The notes beneath the pieces were generated by a model that worked only from the letters and a program-made list of their open reading frames with translations, did not search any database and had not been told where the DNA came from. Shown one piece after another: positions 39,723 through 50,424 of a stretch of 64,000 nt of DNA. Location: the NCBI GenBank assembly GCA_035548175.1, contig DASZTO010000052.1, positions 24,128 through 88,127 on the forward strand. Direction: 5' to 3'. The number at the start of each line of letters is the position of its first letter. The first letter of the stretch is position 1. Position numbers and translations under genes: made by a program. This DNA is from Phycisphaerae bacterium. GTDB taxonomy: Bacteria; Planctomycetota; Phycisphaerae; WQYP01.

Positions 39723-42700
39723 ATGGAACAGGTGGTGGCGGGATTTATCTGCTTTGGCGTGTTTCTGTGCCTGGCGGCGCTGGCGTTTTCGATTGCGGCG
39801 CTGACGTGGCTGGACCGGCTGAAGAAGGAACTGCGGGGAGCGCGCAAGCAGACGGCATTGCTGGAATCGCAGGTTGCGTGGCTGGTGGAGCAGTTCAAGG
39901 CGCAGGCGAAGTCGGGAGCGCGGGAATCGCCGACGGGGCGGGCTGTGGAAAGCCCCGCAGTCGCCGAGGAGCCGGCGACGGCCGCGCCAGCGCCCGCACC
40001 GCCGCCGCCGGTCCAGCCGCGCTCCGATGGGAAGGACGAGGCGTTTGCGCGGCTCACGAAGCGACTGCCCGAGCTGGCGCCCGGCCCGGAGCCCGAGTTG
40101 CCGCCGCTGGAGCCGGAACCGTCGGTCACGATGGCGGGCGCATTGCCGATGGGGGAACCGGCAGCACCGGCGCAAGCCAAAGCCGCTCGGGCGCCGCAGC
40201 CTCGCGTTCCGCTCGAACAGCGCCTGATCCAGGCGGCGGTCGCGATCGGGGGCGTGGCGCTGGCGCTGGCGGGAATTTTCCTTGTGAAGGTGGCGTTCGA
40301 TCGCAATTACCTCAATCCGTTCGTGCGCGTGGTGCTGGGGACGGCGTTCGGTCTGGCGCTGCTGGGGGCGGGCGTGTGGCGGCGCAAAAAGGAGGAGGGC
40401 ATCGCGCAGGCGCTCTCGGCGGCGGGCGTGGCGGATCTGTTTGCCTGCTTTCTGGCGGCGACGAACCTCTATCACCTGGTTTCGCCGGTCACCGGGTTCG
40501 TGCTGCTGGCGGCGGCGACGGCGCTGGCGGTGGTGCTGTCGCTGGCGCAGGGGCCATTTGTGGCGCTATTGGGATTGGTGGGCGGATTTCTCACGCCGGC
40601 GCTGATTCGCACGGATCATCCCTCGGCGTTGTCGCTGTTTGGCTATCTGTTTCTGCTGGAGGTGGGGCTCGTGCTGGTGACGCGGGCGCGCCGCTGGGCG
40701 TGGCTGGCGGCGCTGACGGTGCTGGCGTCGCAGGCGTGGGTCGTGCTGTGGCTGGCGACGCAGCCTTGGAATCCCGCCGACGGCCAGGTGCTGGGGGTTT
40801 TCGTGCTGGGTTCGGCGATGACGATGCTGGCGGCGTCACTGGCGGATGAGGCCTGGGACCAGGACGCGGCGTGGTCGCAGGCGCTTTGCTACCTGGCGCT
40901 GGTGATGGGCCTGGCGCTTTCGGGGGCGCTGCTGGCGCGTTCCGATTTCTCCAACATGGAGTGGGTGTTCCTGGGCCTGCTGTCAGCGGCATGCGTGGCG
41001 CTGGCGGCGCTGCGATCGGCGTATGAGCCGCTGCCCTGGGCGGCCGCGGCGTTGGTGTGGGCGATGCTCGCCTGGAGCGGGCGGCCCTGGGAAGGGGCGG
41101 CGCCGGCCGACCTTTGGCGCGTTGCGGTGATCCTCGCGCTCTTCGGGATCGGGTTTGCGGGCGCGGCTTATGGGCTGGCGTGGCGCAGCAAGACGCCGGA
41201 GCGCTCGGCCTGCCTCTCGGCGTGCTGCGCGGTGGGCTACACGCTGCTCGCGTATTGGGTGCTTGGGCGCTCTCCGCGCAGCGACGTATGGGCGTGGCTG
41301 CCGGTGGCCGTGGCGGCGGCCTATGCGGGGCTGGGCGTCCCCGTGTATCTGCGGCGGCAGCGAGCCGGCTGGGACGATTTTCTGGAAACGATGGTTGTGT
41401 GCATCCTGACGCTGCCGCTGGCGGCGCCGCCGATGGCGTTCGGGCGCGCGACGCTGACGGCGATGTGGTCGGTGCTGGTGCCGGTGAGCGTGCTGGCGGG
41501 GCGTCTGCTTCGCCTGCGGTTGCCATGGATCATGGGCGCCCTGGTGACCACGCTGGTCGGCATGCGCCTGGTGATCAACCCGATGGTGCTGGAATATGGC
41601 ACGGGGCCGAGCTTGTGGTGGAACCCGCTGATTTGGGGATACGTGCCTGCGGCGATCGCGCTGGCGGTCGCGGTCTGGCTGACCGAGCTTCTGCGGCCGC
41701 AGTCGAAGGAACCCGATCCCGGCGACATTTCCGGTTATTTCGAGCTAGTGGCCGGGCTTGTCGTGCTGTCCTTCGCCACGCTCTTCACGCATCGCGTGTT
41801 CAACCCGGCGGCGCTGGATACCGCGGAGATAGACGTCGGCGAACGCGCCGCGCTGGGCAACGTGTGGGTGTTCCTGGGGATCGCGCTGACGCTGCTGGGG
41901 GTGTGGTTGCGGCCTCTTCGGGGAAGCACGACGGCCACGCTGGGGAAGGCGGCGCTCGTCGCGGCGATGTCGTTTGTCGTCGTCATCGAAGCGCTGTGGC
42001 TCAACCCGCTGATCACCACCGACTACCTGGGCCGCGGATGGGCGAACCTGCTGTGGCCGCTCTTCGGCTTGCCGGCGGCGGGGCTGGGCGGCATGGCGCT
42101 GTGGCTGCGCAAGCGCGGAACCGAAGCGCCGGCGCTGATGACTCTTTGCGGCACCGCATCGCTGGTGTTGCTCTTCGTGCTGACGAACCTGCTGATCCGT
42201 CACGCCTTTCAGGGACCGGTGCTGGACATCACCGGCGGACATGGCGCCGAGGCGCGGATCGCGGAACGTTCGACGTATCCGCTCGCGGGGATGCTGCTTG
42301 GGATGGCGCTGCTGTTGTGCGGCCGAGCATGGCGCGTGCTGGGATTGTCGATGGCGGGGCAGCTTTTCGCGCTGGCGGGCACGGCGTGCGTGGTGTTGGT
42401 GGCGGTGCTGACGTTCAATCCGCTGTTCAACAGCGAGCCGGTTGGGGCGGGCCGCCTGATGAACTGGCTGCTTTACGCTTACGGGGCGCCGGCGCTGGTG
42501 GCGGGGGCGCTGGGCGTGTGGCTCTATCACTCCGCGGAGGGAGGCGAAGCGGGGCATCCGGATCGAGTGCTTGGCCGGGTGCATGGCATCGCCGCGCTGC
42601 TGTTTCTGTTCGTGCTGGTGTCGCTGGAGGTGCGGCATGGCTTCCAGGGGCCGGTGCTGAGCGGCCCCGGGCCGAGCTCCGCGGAAATGTACGCCTATTC

Positions 42701-42998
42701 GGCGGCCTGGGCGATCTTCGGAACGCTCCTGCTGCTGGGCGGAATCCTGACGCACAGCGCGGTTCTGCGCTGGGCCTCCCTGGCGGCGATGCTGCTGACG
42801 ATGCTGAAGGTGTTCCTCCTGGATGTGGCCAGCCTGTCAGACCTGTTGAGGGTGCTTTCGCTGCTGGGCCTGGGCGTTTCGCTGATTCTGCTGGCGCTGC
42901 TGTATCACTACTTCGTCTTTCGCCGGGGTGCGGAGGCGGCGCGGAAGGACGCCGGCGGTGTTCCGGGGCCGGCGGCCTCGGAAGCAACCGCTCTATAG
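39723..42998 (+). CDS. DUF2339 family large membrane protein
   Basis: N-terminal TM, coiled coil and Pro-rich linker; IGGVALALAGIFLVK; many TMs; YSAAW and KVFLLDV near the C-terminus. Confidence 0.85.
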   Translation: MEQVVAGFICFGVFLCLAALAFSIAALTWLDRLKKELRGARKQTALLESQVAWLVEQFKAQAKSGARESPTGRAVESPAVAEEPATAAPAPAPPPPVQPRSDGKDEAFARLTKRLPELAPGPEPELPPLEPEPSVTMAGALPMGEPAAPAQAKAARAPQPRVPLEQRLIQAAVAIGGVALALAGIFLVKVAFDRNYLNPFVRVVLGTAFGLALLGAGVWRRKKEEGIAQALSAAGVADLFACFLAATNLYHLVSPVTGFVLLAAATALAVVLSLAQGPFVALLGLVGGFLTPALIRTDHPSALSLFGYLFLLEVGLVLVTRARRWAWLAALTVLASQAWVVLWLATQPWNPADGQVLGVFVLGSAMTMLAASLADEAWDQDAAWSQALCYLALVMGLALSGALLARSDFSNMEWVFLGLLSAACVALAALRSAYEPLPWAAAALVWAMLAWSGRPWEGAAPADLWRVAVILALFGIGFAGAAYGLAWRSKTPERSACLSACCAVGYTLLAYWVLGRSPRSDVWAWLPVAVAAAYAGLGVPVYLRRQRAGWDDFLETMVVCILTLPLAAPPMAFGRATLTAMWSVLVPVSVLAGRLLRLRLPWIMGALVTTLVGMRLVINPMVLEYGTGPSLWWNPLIWGYVPAAIALAVAVWLTELLRPQSKEPDPGDISGYFELVAGLVVLSFATLFTHRVFNPAALDTAEIDVGERAALGNVWVFLGIALTLLGVWLRPLRGSTTATLGKAALVAAMSFVVVIEALWLNPLITTDYLGRGWANLLWPLFGLPAAGLGGMALWLRKRGTEAPALMTLCGTASLVLLFVLTNLLIRHAFQGPVLDITGGHGAEARIAERSTYPLAGMLLGMALLLCGRAWRVLGLSMAGQLFALAGTACVVLVAVLTFNPLFNSEPVGAGRLMNWLLYAYGAPALVAGALGVWLYHSAEGGEAGHPDRVLGRVHGIAALLFLFVLVSLEVRHGFQGPVLSGPGPSSAEMYAYSAAWAIFGTLLLLGGILTHSAVLRWASLAAMLLTMLKVFLLDVASLSDLLRVLSLLGLGVSLILLALLYHYFVFRRGAEAARKDAGGVPGPAASEATAL

Positions 42999-43052
42999 AA
43001 AGAAGGATGGAGCAGGGCGCTCCATCCTTTATCAAGAGGTGCGATCTATCAA

Positions 43053-43961
43053 TCAGCGTTCGTTGGCGGTGCGGTTGTTGTTGTGATTGCCGCTGTTGGG
43101 AGCGGAGTTCTTCGCCTGACCCTTGTTGTTCAGGTGCTCGATGTTGACATCGTAGAGCGCGGCGACGACGCAGCATGTCGCGTTGCGATACGCGGCCTTG
43201 ACGTCGCTGGGCCAGTTGTCCTTGTGATCGCTCAAGTAGGACAGGTTGGCCAGCAGGGTGTCGTGAAGCTGCTGCCGCGTCACGTTGTTGGGGATATCGA
43301 ATTTCCAGCCGCCGGCCTCATGGATCAGGGAGGTGGTCAGCGCGGGAAGTTGACCGTGGCCCGGAAGCACGGCGACGGCGACGTCGCGGCCCTTGCCAAG
43401 GTTGACATCTCCCCCGAACGCATGGTGGGTGGCGTCGTTGACATCCGCCGCAGTCGCCTGTCCGCCGGAGCCGCGGTGGTTGGGCGTAATGGCCACGGGC
43501 CAGTTGCCGATGAGCGCCTGTGGGTTATCGATTTCGCCGGTGGTGAATGTGAGGTAATTGTCGTAGACCTTTTCATTTTTGATATCGAACTGCTGGTGAT
43601 ACTTCTGCTGCCATTCGGACTTGACCTCGCCGATCTTCTGGGTGAGCGGATCGCCGGGTTTGGACGGTTCGCCGGCGGCTTCGTGCTGAAGGCGCGTGCG
43701 GTCCTGGTCGACGAGGTTGTCGATGACGTCGGGGAAGCCCTTGGAATTGAAGGCCGACTCGGTCGCGGATTCGAAGGCGTTCTGGATCGAATTCTTCTCC
43801 GACATCGCCTTGGGCTTCACGCCGTTGGGCAGCGTGGGCTCGACGGCGCCGTTCTGTGCGGCGGCTGGAGCGTTGGTGGTGTAGTCATCGGCCATGGCCG
43901 GGGCGAGGGTGAAGCACGTCGCGGCCACGCAGGCGGCTGCCAGCAAGCAACTGTAACGCAT
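43053..43961 (-). CDS. Secreted protein of unknown function, paralog A
   Basis: Signal peptide; VDQDRTR, GNWPV, FGGDVNLGKGR, SLIHE, VVAALYD; paralog at 44192-45160. Confidence 0.8.
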   Translation of the reverse strand: MRYSCLLAAACVAATCFTLAPAMADDYTTNAPAAAQNGAVEPTLPNGVKPKAMSEKNSIQNAFESATESAFNSKGFPDVIDNLVDQDRTRLQHEAAGEPSKPGDPLTQKIGEVKSEWQQKYHQQFDIKNEKVYDNYLTFTTGEIDNPQALIGNWPVAITPNHRGSGGQATAADVNDATHHAFGGDVNLGKGRDVAVAVLPGHGQLPALTTSLIHEAGGWKFDIPNNVTRQQLHDTLLANLSYLSDHKDNWPSDVKAAYRNATCCVVAALYDVNIEHLNNKGQAKNSAPNSGNHNNNRTANER

Positions 43962-44113
43962 AAGAATACCTCCAAGTAGGGGGGAAAAAGACAAAGGACG
44001 GAGCGGCAAAGGGGATGCCTTGAGGAGCTCGCATGGTTCATAAAATAAGAAATTTGCAAGCTTTTTCCTTCGCTTCCCGCGCCCCGGCGTCGTGCAAACT
44101 TCGCCTCCCCGAC

Positions 44114-44147
44114 AAAAAAAAAGGCCCGCTCATTTTTTGAGCGGGCC
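44114..44147 (-). terminator. Intrinsic terminator between the two paralogs
   Basis: Perfect 10-bp stem GGCCCGCTCA/TGAGCGGGCC with a 9-U tail on the - strand. Confidence 0.85.
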
Positions 44148-44191
44148 GCGTGGATTTGTTCAGCCAGATTGCAGGCGTGAATGGTTGAGTG

Positions 44192-45160
44192 TTAACGCTC
44201 GCCGGCGGTCCGGTTCGCGTTGCCTTGATTCAGCCGATTGGCGTTGGCGTTGCCATGATTCATATCGTTCATCCTGTCCGTGGCGTTGCGCGCCTCGGGA
44301 TTGTTGTTGATGGCATTCTGCATGTTGATGTCATACAGCGAGGCGACCACCGTGTTGGTCAACGCCCGGGTGGCGTCTGTCGGGTCGCTGGGCCACTGGG
44401 CCTGCATGCCATAGAAGCTCGTCAGGTTCGCGAGCAGATTCTGGTACAGCTTTTCGCGGGTGAGGGTATTGGGCACGTCAAAACGCCACGAATCGGGCAA
44501 CTCGTGGATCAGCGAAGCCGTCACCGCCGGACAGTTCTTGTAACCGGCGAGATGCACGACCGCGACGTTGCGCCCCTTGTTGAGGTTGACGTCTCCGCCG
44601 AACGTCTTGTGGGCTTTCTGGGCGTCGGCGGAGGTCATATCTCCGCCAACATTCGCGACCGCGTCGCTCGCCGGCACCGGCCAGTTGCCGACGAGTTGAT
44701 CCGGGTTCGAGACTTCGCCGATTCCCGCATGGAAGTAGGTGTCGGTGTACACCTTGGTTTCATCGATTTTCAGATCCTGGTGATACTTGTCGTGCCAGGC
44801 ATTGTCGATCTGTTTGATGACGGCGCTCAGCGCATCGTTGCCGTTTTTCGCATTGTCGTTGTTTTTGTTCTGGTCGAGGCGATCGCGGTCCTGATCGACG
44901 CAGCGGTCGATGATGTCGTTGAGGGGATCGCGCCCGAGCGCGCTTTCCGCGACACTTTGGAAGGCGTTTTTGACATCCTTGAGCTCTTTGATCGGCTTGG
45001 CGTCGATGCCGGCGGGCAGCTTGACGACGTAGCCGGGCTCCTCGAACTTGAGGTTGCCCGTGGGATTCGGGGGAGAGTCGGCGGCGGCCGCGGGGGCAAT
45101 CGCGAGGGCGAGGGATGCGCAGAGGCACGCACTGCTGAGTAAGACTGCATAGGGACGCAT
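44192..45160 (-). CDS. Secreted protein of unknown function, paralog B
   Basis: Signal peptide; VDQDRDR, GNWPV, FGGDVNLNKGR, SLIHE, VVASLYD. Confidence 0.8.
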   Translation of the reverse strand: MRPYAVLLSSACLCASLALAIAPAAAADSPPNPTGNLKFEEPGYVVKLPAGIDAKPIKELKDVKNAFQSVAESALGRDPLNDIIDRCVDQDRDRLDQNKNNDNAKNGNDALSAVIKQIDNAWHDKYHQDLKIDETKVYTDTYFHAGIGEVSNPDQLVGNWPVPASDAVANVGGDMTSADAQKAHKTFGGDVNLNKGRNVAVVHLAGYKNCPAVTASLIHELPDSWRFDVPNTLTREKLYQNLLANLTSFYGMQAQWPSDPTDATRALTNTVVASLYDINMQNAINNNPEARNATDRMNDMNHGNANANRLNQGNANRTAGER

Positions 45161-45308
45161 GGGAGTCTCCTTGGAAGACGAGAAGTATCTCTTCCATGGA
45201 GCTATGCAAAGCGGGAGCCAGCGGCTCGGCCATTTTGCCTGATTGTGCCGGAATTTAAGGTCGCGGAGAGCTGCCGCGCCGCCTCTTGAACGTGCCGATA
45301 AGGCGTTG

Positions 45309-47168
45309 TTATTCCGCGGCGGCCAGCGCGGCGGCGGAGCGCTCGTGGCGCTTGCGATCCGTTTCGCGCAGGTAGCGCTTCCGCAGCCGGATCGTCTTGG
45401 GCGTGATCTCGACCAGCTCATCGTCCTCGATGTACTCGAGCGCGATTTCCAGCGACATATCGCGGGGCGGCTTGAGGATGATGTTTTCGTCGCTGCCGGT
45501 GGTGCGCATGTTGGAGAGTTTCTTTTCGCGGCAGACGTTGACGGTGATGTCGGTGTCCTTGTTGTATTCGCCGACGACCATGCCTTCATACACTTCGTCG
45601 CCGGGCTTGATAAACATCATGCCGCGGTCGGCGAGCTTGTCGAGCGCGTAGGCGTTGGCGGTGCCTGCTTCCATGGAGATCAGGACGCCGTTCTGGCGGC
45701 CGGGGAGCGCTCCGCGCAGGAGCTCATAGTCGTGGAAGGTGTGGTGCATGATGGCTTCGCCCTGGGTGGCGTTGAGCAGGCGCGTGCGCAGGCCGATCAA
45801 TCCGCGCGCCGGGATGGTGAACTCCATGTGCGTGAAGTTGCCCTTGGTGTCCATCTTGGCCAGTTCACCCCGGCGGTTGCCGATGGATTGCATGACCGCC
45901 CCTTCGAAAGCTTTGGGCACGTCGATGACCAGCAATTCGATGGGCTCGCACTTATGGCCGTTGAGTTCCTTGAAGATCACCTTGGGCTTGGAGACCTGAA
46001 GCTCGAAACCTTCGCGGCGCATGTTTTCCAGCAGCACTCCCAGGTGCAGCAGGCCGCGGCCCGACACGCGCAGCGAATCGGCCGACTGCGTGTCCTCCAC
46101 CCGCAGCGCCACGTTGGATTGGAGCTCCCGGTAAAGCCGCTCGCGCAGGTTCCGGCTGGTCACAAACTTGCCGTCCTGGCCGGCGAAGGGCGAATCGTTG
46201 ACCGAAAAAATCATGGAGAGCGTGGGCTCATCGACATCGATCAGGGGCAGCGCTTCGGGATGCTCCGGATGGGCGATGGTGTCGCCGATATCCACATCCT
46301 CGATTCCCACCACCGCGCAGATGTCGCCGGCTTCGGCGTGCGGCGTTTTGGTTCGGCCGAGGCCTTCAAACAGGTAGAGATCGACGATCTTATGCTTTTC
46401 GACCTTGCCGTTGCGCTTCAGCAGGGCGATCTGCTGATCTTTGTTGATGACGCCGTTGAACACGCGTCCGATGCCGATGCGGCCGACGTATTCGTTGTAA
46501 TCGATGTTGGTGATCTGCATCTGAAGGGGTTTTTCGAGATCGGCGACGGGGCCGCGGATCTTGGTGACGATGGTTTCGAGCAGGGGGCGCATGTCGGTGT
46601 TGGCATCCGCCGGATCCAGCCGTGCATAACCCGCGCGACCCGAGGCGTAAATCACCGGAAAGTCGAGGGCGTCTTCATCCGCTTCGAGCTCGACGAAGAG
46701 GTCGAAGACTTCGTTGAGGACCTCGTTGGGCCGGGCATCGTTGCGGTCGATCTTGTTGATGACCACGATGGGCTTGAGGTGGTACTGAAAGGCCTTTTTG
46801 AGCACGAAGCGCGTCTGGGGCATGGGGCCTTCGAAGGCGTCGACCAGGAGGAGCACGCCATCGGCCATCTTGAGGACGCGCTCGACTTCGCCGCCGAAAT
46901 CGGCGTGGCCGGGGGTGTCGATGATGTTGATTTTGCGGGTGACGCCTTTGGCATCCTCGTAGGTCATGGCGACGTTTTTGGCGAGGATGGTGATGCCGCG
47001 CTCGCGTTCGAGGGCGTTGTTATCGAGGATCAGTTCATTGCCAAGCTGGGATTGGCGGAACATGCCCGACTGGCGCAGCATGGCGTCGACCAGGGTGGTT
47101 TTACCGTGGTCGACGTGGGCGATGATGGCGATATTGCGAAGTTCGTCGCGGCGTTTCTGATTGGGCAT
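45309..47168 (-). CDS. typA: Translational GTPase TypA/BipA
   Basis: [52 protein letters not shown]. Confidence 0.97.
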   Translation of the reverse strand: MPNQKRRDELRNIAIIAHVDHGKTTLVDAMLRQSGMFRQSQLGNELILDNNALERERGITILAKNVAMTYEDAKGVTRKINIIDTPGHADFGGEVERVLKMADGVLLLVDAFEGPMPQTRFVLKKAFQYHLKPIVVINKIDRNDARPNEVLNEVFDLFVELEADEDALDFPVIYASGRAGYARLDPADANTDMRPLLETIVTKIRGPVADLEKPLQMQITNIDYNEYVGRIGIGRVFNGVINKDQQIALLKRNGKVEKHKIVDLYLFEGLGRTKTPHAEAGDICAVVGIEDVDIGDTIAHPEHPEALPLIDVDEPTLSMIFSVNDSPFAGQDGKFVTSRNLRERLYRELQSNVALRVEDTQSADSLRVSGRGLLHLGVLLENMRREGFELQVSKPKVIFKELNGHKCEPIELLVIDVPKAFEGAVMQSIGNRRGELAKMDTKGNFTHMEFTIPARGLIGLRTRLLNATQGEAIMHHTFHDYELLRGALPGRQNGVLISMEAGTANAYALDKLADRGMMFIKPGDEVYEGMVVGEYNKDTDITVNVCREKKLSNMRTTGSDENIILKPPRDMSLEIALEYIEDDELVEITPKTIRLRKRYLRETDRKRHERSAAALAAAE

Positions 47169-47292
47169 GAGGCACTCGGTGCGGGTGTGAACGTCCGGTT
47201 AAGAGGGCGGATCGCCGCCCTTTGGGGAATTCGGCATTGTAGCACACCGGCGGAACAAATGCATGAGCCGCACGCGATTTTGCGATGAGGGA

Positions 47293-47667
47293 TTACTTGC
47301 CCTGCTGAATTTGCTGGAGGGCGTCTTCCATCACGTCCCTGGCGGGGCGGCGGTGGCCGTCGGGGTACTGGACGTAGTAGGTGACTTCCCCGTGAGACCC
47401 GCCGATGGATTCGAGGTTGATGAAGTCCTGGACGTTGTTGACCTTGGAGTCGTTCTGGCGCCACTTGAAGCGCATGTAGTGGACCGCGGTGGAGGCGCCG
47501 TAAATTTTGTCGAGGCGGACGAACTTCAGATTGCTGTGGGAAATTCGGTCGAGCAGGGTGTTGATGGTGGCTTTGTCGGCCTTGGAAAGCGAGCTCTTGG
47601 CCAGGGCGGGCGCGGCGAGCGCGAGGACCAGCAGGAGCGCAAGGGGTCGAGCGACGTGTCGGATCAT
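47293..47667 (-). CDS. Secreted protein, DUF5329/YfeK-like
   Basis: Signal peptide; KFVR, A.HYMRFKW, VQDFI, YYVQYPDG pattern. Confidence 0.65.
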   Translation of the reverse strand: MIRHVARPLALLLVLALAAPALAKSSLSKADKATINTLLDRISHSNLKFVRLDKIYGASTAVHYMRFKWRQNDSKVNNVQDFINLESIGGSHGEVTYYVQYPDGHRRPARDVMEDALQQIQQGK

Positions 47668-47791
47668 GATGCACCTCCGGAGTGCAAGGAAGCAAGCGGC
47701 GCTCCAGAAATGGCGGTTGGCGGTGGAGAATTGTCGATGTTTGGTTAAAATTCGGTGTCGAAACTTTTGCCCGAACGCAGGAGCGGCGCCC

Positions 47792-50290
47792 ATGATCACG
47801 AGGCCCGGTGCGAGGGAATTGGAAACCGCGGCGCGCGCGGGTACAACGCGGGACATGACCGTTCCTCCGCCATCGCCGCCCGCGGCAACTCTGTACGCAA
47901 CGGTAGCCGTGGATCAACCGCTGGACGCGACGTACACGTATGTGGTGCCCGCCGCGCTGCGGCGCGAGGTGCGCGCGGGCAGCCGGGTGGTGGCGCCGCT
48001 GGGGCGGGGGAATCGGCTGACGCAGGCGACGGTGCTGTCGTTGTCGAGCGAAGCGCCGGATTTCGCGCGTGCGCCGGCGGCGGAGCAGGGGGCCGAGGAG
48101 CTGCTTTTCTCGGCGTCCGGGGAGGTTACGGGGCCGGTGAAGGCGCTGGCGGAGGTGCTGCGCGATGTGCCTGCGGTGCCGGGCGATCTGCTGGAGCTGG
48201 CGAAGTGGATCAGCGTGTATTACTGCGCGCCGATCGGCATGACGCTCTCGACGATGGTGCCGGCGGCGGTGAAGAAGGCGGCGCGGCTGCCGATGAAAGT
48301 GACGGTGTCGCTGGCGGCGGTGGAGAAAACGGTCGAGGAGGCGCTTGAAGGGCTGAAAGTTTCCGCGAAGAGCAAAGCAGCGTTTGGGGCGCTGCACGGG
48401 TACCTGCGGGAGGGGCCGCGCGCCGAGCTGGATGCGATGGCGCACGCGGAGGTCGGGCGGCCGATGTTGAAGCGGTTGATGGCGCTGGGGCTGATCAAGG
48501 CGGAGCGGGAGGTGAAGTTGCCGGAGGCGGCGGTGGTGGGCGCGGATATCGGGGGAAGCGCGGCGGTGCTGGAGCTGAGCGCGGATCAGCAGCGGGCGAT
48601 GAAGGAGATCGACGGGCTGCTGGACGCCGGCGGGTTCGCGGTGCGGCTGATTCACGGCGTGACCGGATCGGGCAAGACGGAGCTGTACATCCGGGCGATC
48701 GAGCGGGTGGTGGCGGCGGGGAAGCGGGCGATCGTGCTGGTGCCGGAGATCTCGCTGACGCCGCAGACGGTGCGGCGGTTCACGGCGCGCTTCGAGCGCG
48801 TGGCGGTGCTGCATTCGGGGATGAAAGACGCGGAGCGGCATCAGCACTGGCATGCGATCGCGGGGGGCTGGGCGCAGGTGGTGGTGGGGGCGCGCTCGGC
48901 GATTTTTGCGCCGGCGGCGGACATCGGACTGATCGTGGTGGATGAGGAGCATGATGGTTCTTACAAGCAGGATAATCTGCCCAAGTATCACGGGCGGGAC
49001 GTGGCGATCCGCCGGGCGCAGATGCTCAAGGTGCCGATCCTGCTGGGGTCGGCGACGCCGGCGCTGGAGAGCTGGCACAATGCGCACTCGCATGAGAAGT
49101 GGGGGCTGATTTCGTTGCGGACGCGGCCGCTGGGCACGCGCATGCCGCGGGTGATCGTGGTGGATATGAAGGCGCAGCACAAGGAGCGGCGCGGGCTGCA
49201 CATCCTTTCGACGGTGCTGGAGCATCATCTGAAGCAGACACTGGCGCAGAAGAAGCAGGCGATTTTTCTGCTGAACCGCCGCGGGTATGCGCATTACGTG
49301 ATGTGCCCGCGCTGCGAGTGGGTGCTGATGTGCGAGAATTGTGATGCGACGATGGTGGTGCATCGGGAAAAGCCGAAAGACGAAAGGGCAAAGACGAAAG
49401 AGGAAAGGGGCAGGATCAGGGGAACGGTGCAGTGTCATTATTGTCTGACGTCGATGGTGCTGCCGGAGCGGTGTCCGTTGTGCCAGGCGCTGCTGACGCA
49501 TCTGGGGCAGGGCACGCAGCGGGCGGAGGATGAGCTGTTGCGGAAGTTTCCGGAGCTTGGGGGCGGGCGGCTGAAGCGGATGGATTCGGATTCGATGCAT
49601 CATGCGGGGCAGTATCAGGAAGCGCTGGATGCGTTCGGTCGTGGGGAGATCGATCTGTTGATCGGGACGCAGATGATCGCGAAGGGGCTGGACTTTCCGA
49701 ACGTGCAGCTCGTGGGGGTGCTGAACGCGGATTTGGCGATGACGATTCCGGATTTTCGGGCGGCGGAGCGGACGTTTCAGTTGGTGTGCCAGGTCGCGGG
49801 GCGGAGCGGGCGGGCGATGGGGGGCGGCGGCGGGGTGGAGCGGGGGAACGTGGTGGTGCAGACGTTTCAGCCGCAGGAGCCGGCGATCGCGGCGGCATGT
49901 GCGCACGATTACCTGGGCTTCGTGGAGACGGAGTTGCCGCACCGGCTGGAGTGGGGCTATCCGCCGTATGGCCGGCTGGTGCGGATGGTGCTGGCGCACA
50001 AGAATTATGCGGCGGTGCGCGAGGCTGGGGAGGGGCTGGCGCGGCTGATGACGGCGTTGACGGCGGGGTCCGCGGATAAGGCTGGGTTGCCGGTGCGGGT
50101 GCAGGGGCCGTTGCCGCCGCCGATGGAACGGCTGGTGGAACTGTACCGTGTGGAGCTGCTGCTGTTCGCCAAGACGGCGGGTCCATTGCAGCGGCTGCTC
50201 GGGGCGCTGCGGGCGCGCGGCGCGCTGTCGGCGGCGGCGTGGGGCGGCGTGAGCGTGAGCGTGGATGTGGATCCGGTTCATATGATGTGA
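47792..50290 (+). CDS. priA: Primosomal protein N' (replication restart helicase)
   Basis: HGVTGSGKTE, LVPEISLT, DEEHDGSYKQ, SATP, CxxC Zn motifs, GTQMIAKGLDF, QVAGRSGR; start could be 47855. Confidence 0.95.
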   Translation: MITRPGARELETAARAGTTRDMTVPPPSPPAATLYATVAVDQPLDATYTYVVPAALRREVRAGSRVVAPLGRGNRLTQATVLSLSSEAPDFARAPAAEQGAEELLFSASGEVTGPVKALAEVLRDVPAVPGDLLELAKWISVYYCAPIGMTLSTMVPAAVKKAARLPMKVTVSLAAVEKTVEEALEGLKVSAKSKAAFGALHGYLREGPRAELDAMAHAEVGRPMLKRLMALGLIKAEREVKLPEAAVVGADIGGSAAVLELSADQQRAMKEIDGLLDAGGFAVRLIHGVTGSGKTELYIRAIERVVAAGKRAIVLVPEISLTPQTVRRFTARFERVAVLHSGMKDAERHQHWHAIAGGWAQVVVGARSAIFAPAADIGLIVVDEEHDGSYKQDNLPKYHGRDVAIRRAQMLKVPILLGSATPALESWHNAHSHEKWGLISLRTRPLGTRMPRVIVVDMKAQHKERRGLHILSTVLEHHLKQTLAQKKQAIFLLNRRGYAHYVMCPRCEWVLMCENCDATMVVHREKPKDERAKTKEERGRIRGTVQCHYCLTSMVLPERCPLCQALLTHLGQGTQRAEDELLRKFPELGGGRLKRMDSDSMHHAGQYQEALDAFGRGEIDLLIGTQMIAKGLDFPNVQLVGVLNADLAMTIPDFRAAERTFQLVCQVAGRSGRAMGGGGGVERGNVVVQTFQPQEPAIAAACAHDYLGFVETELPHRLEWGYPPYGRLVRMVLAHKNYAAVREAGEGLARLMTALTAGSADKAGLPVRVQGPLPPPMERLVELYRVELLLFAKTAGPLQRLLGALRARGALSAAAWGGVSVSVDVDPVHMM
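49367..49408 (+). repeat. Six heptamers (NNAAAGR) in frame inside priA
   Basis: gaaaagc cgaaaga cgaaagg gcaaaga cgaaaga ggaaagg = 42 bp, about 14 charged residues. Confidence 0.75.
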
Positions 50291-50344
50291 AAAGAACAAA
50301 GAGGAAAGACGGAAGACCAAAGGCGAAAGGCGAAGGACGAAAGG
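50289..50344. repeat. About eight degenerate NNAAAGR heptamers after priA
   Basis: acaaaga ggaaaga cggaaga ccaaagg cgaaagg cgaagga cgaaagg. Confidence 0.8.
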
Positions 50345-50424
50345 GGGTATCGCGGGGGTTACAGTTGGGCACGGGTGGGTATAATGCCCGGCGGGCCGTC
50401 CTCTTCTTTTGACAAGGCGGGCAC

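Noticed and set aside
37709-40306. 865-aa ORF antisense to speA
   Set aside because: Mirror frame of a conserved gene; no independent motif or RBS
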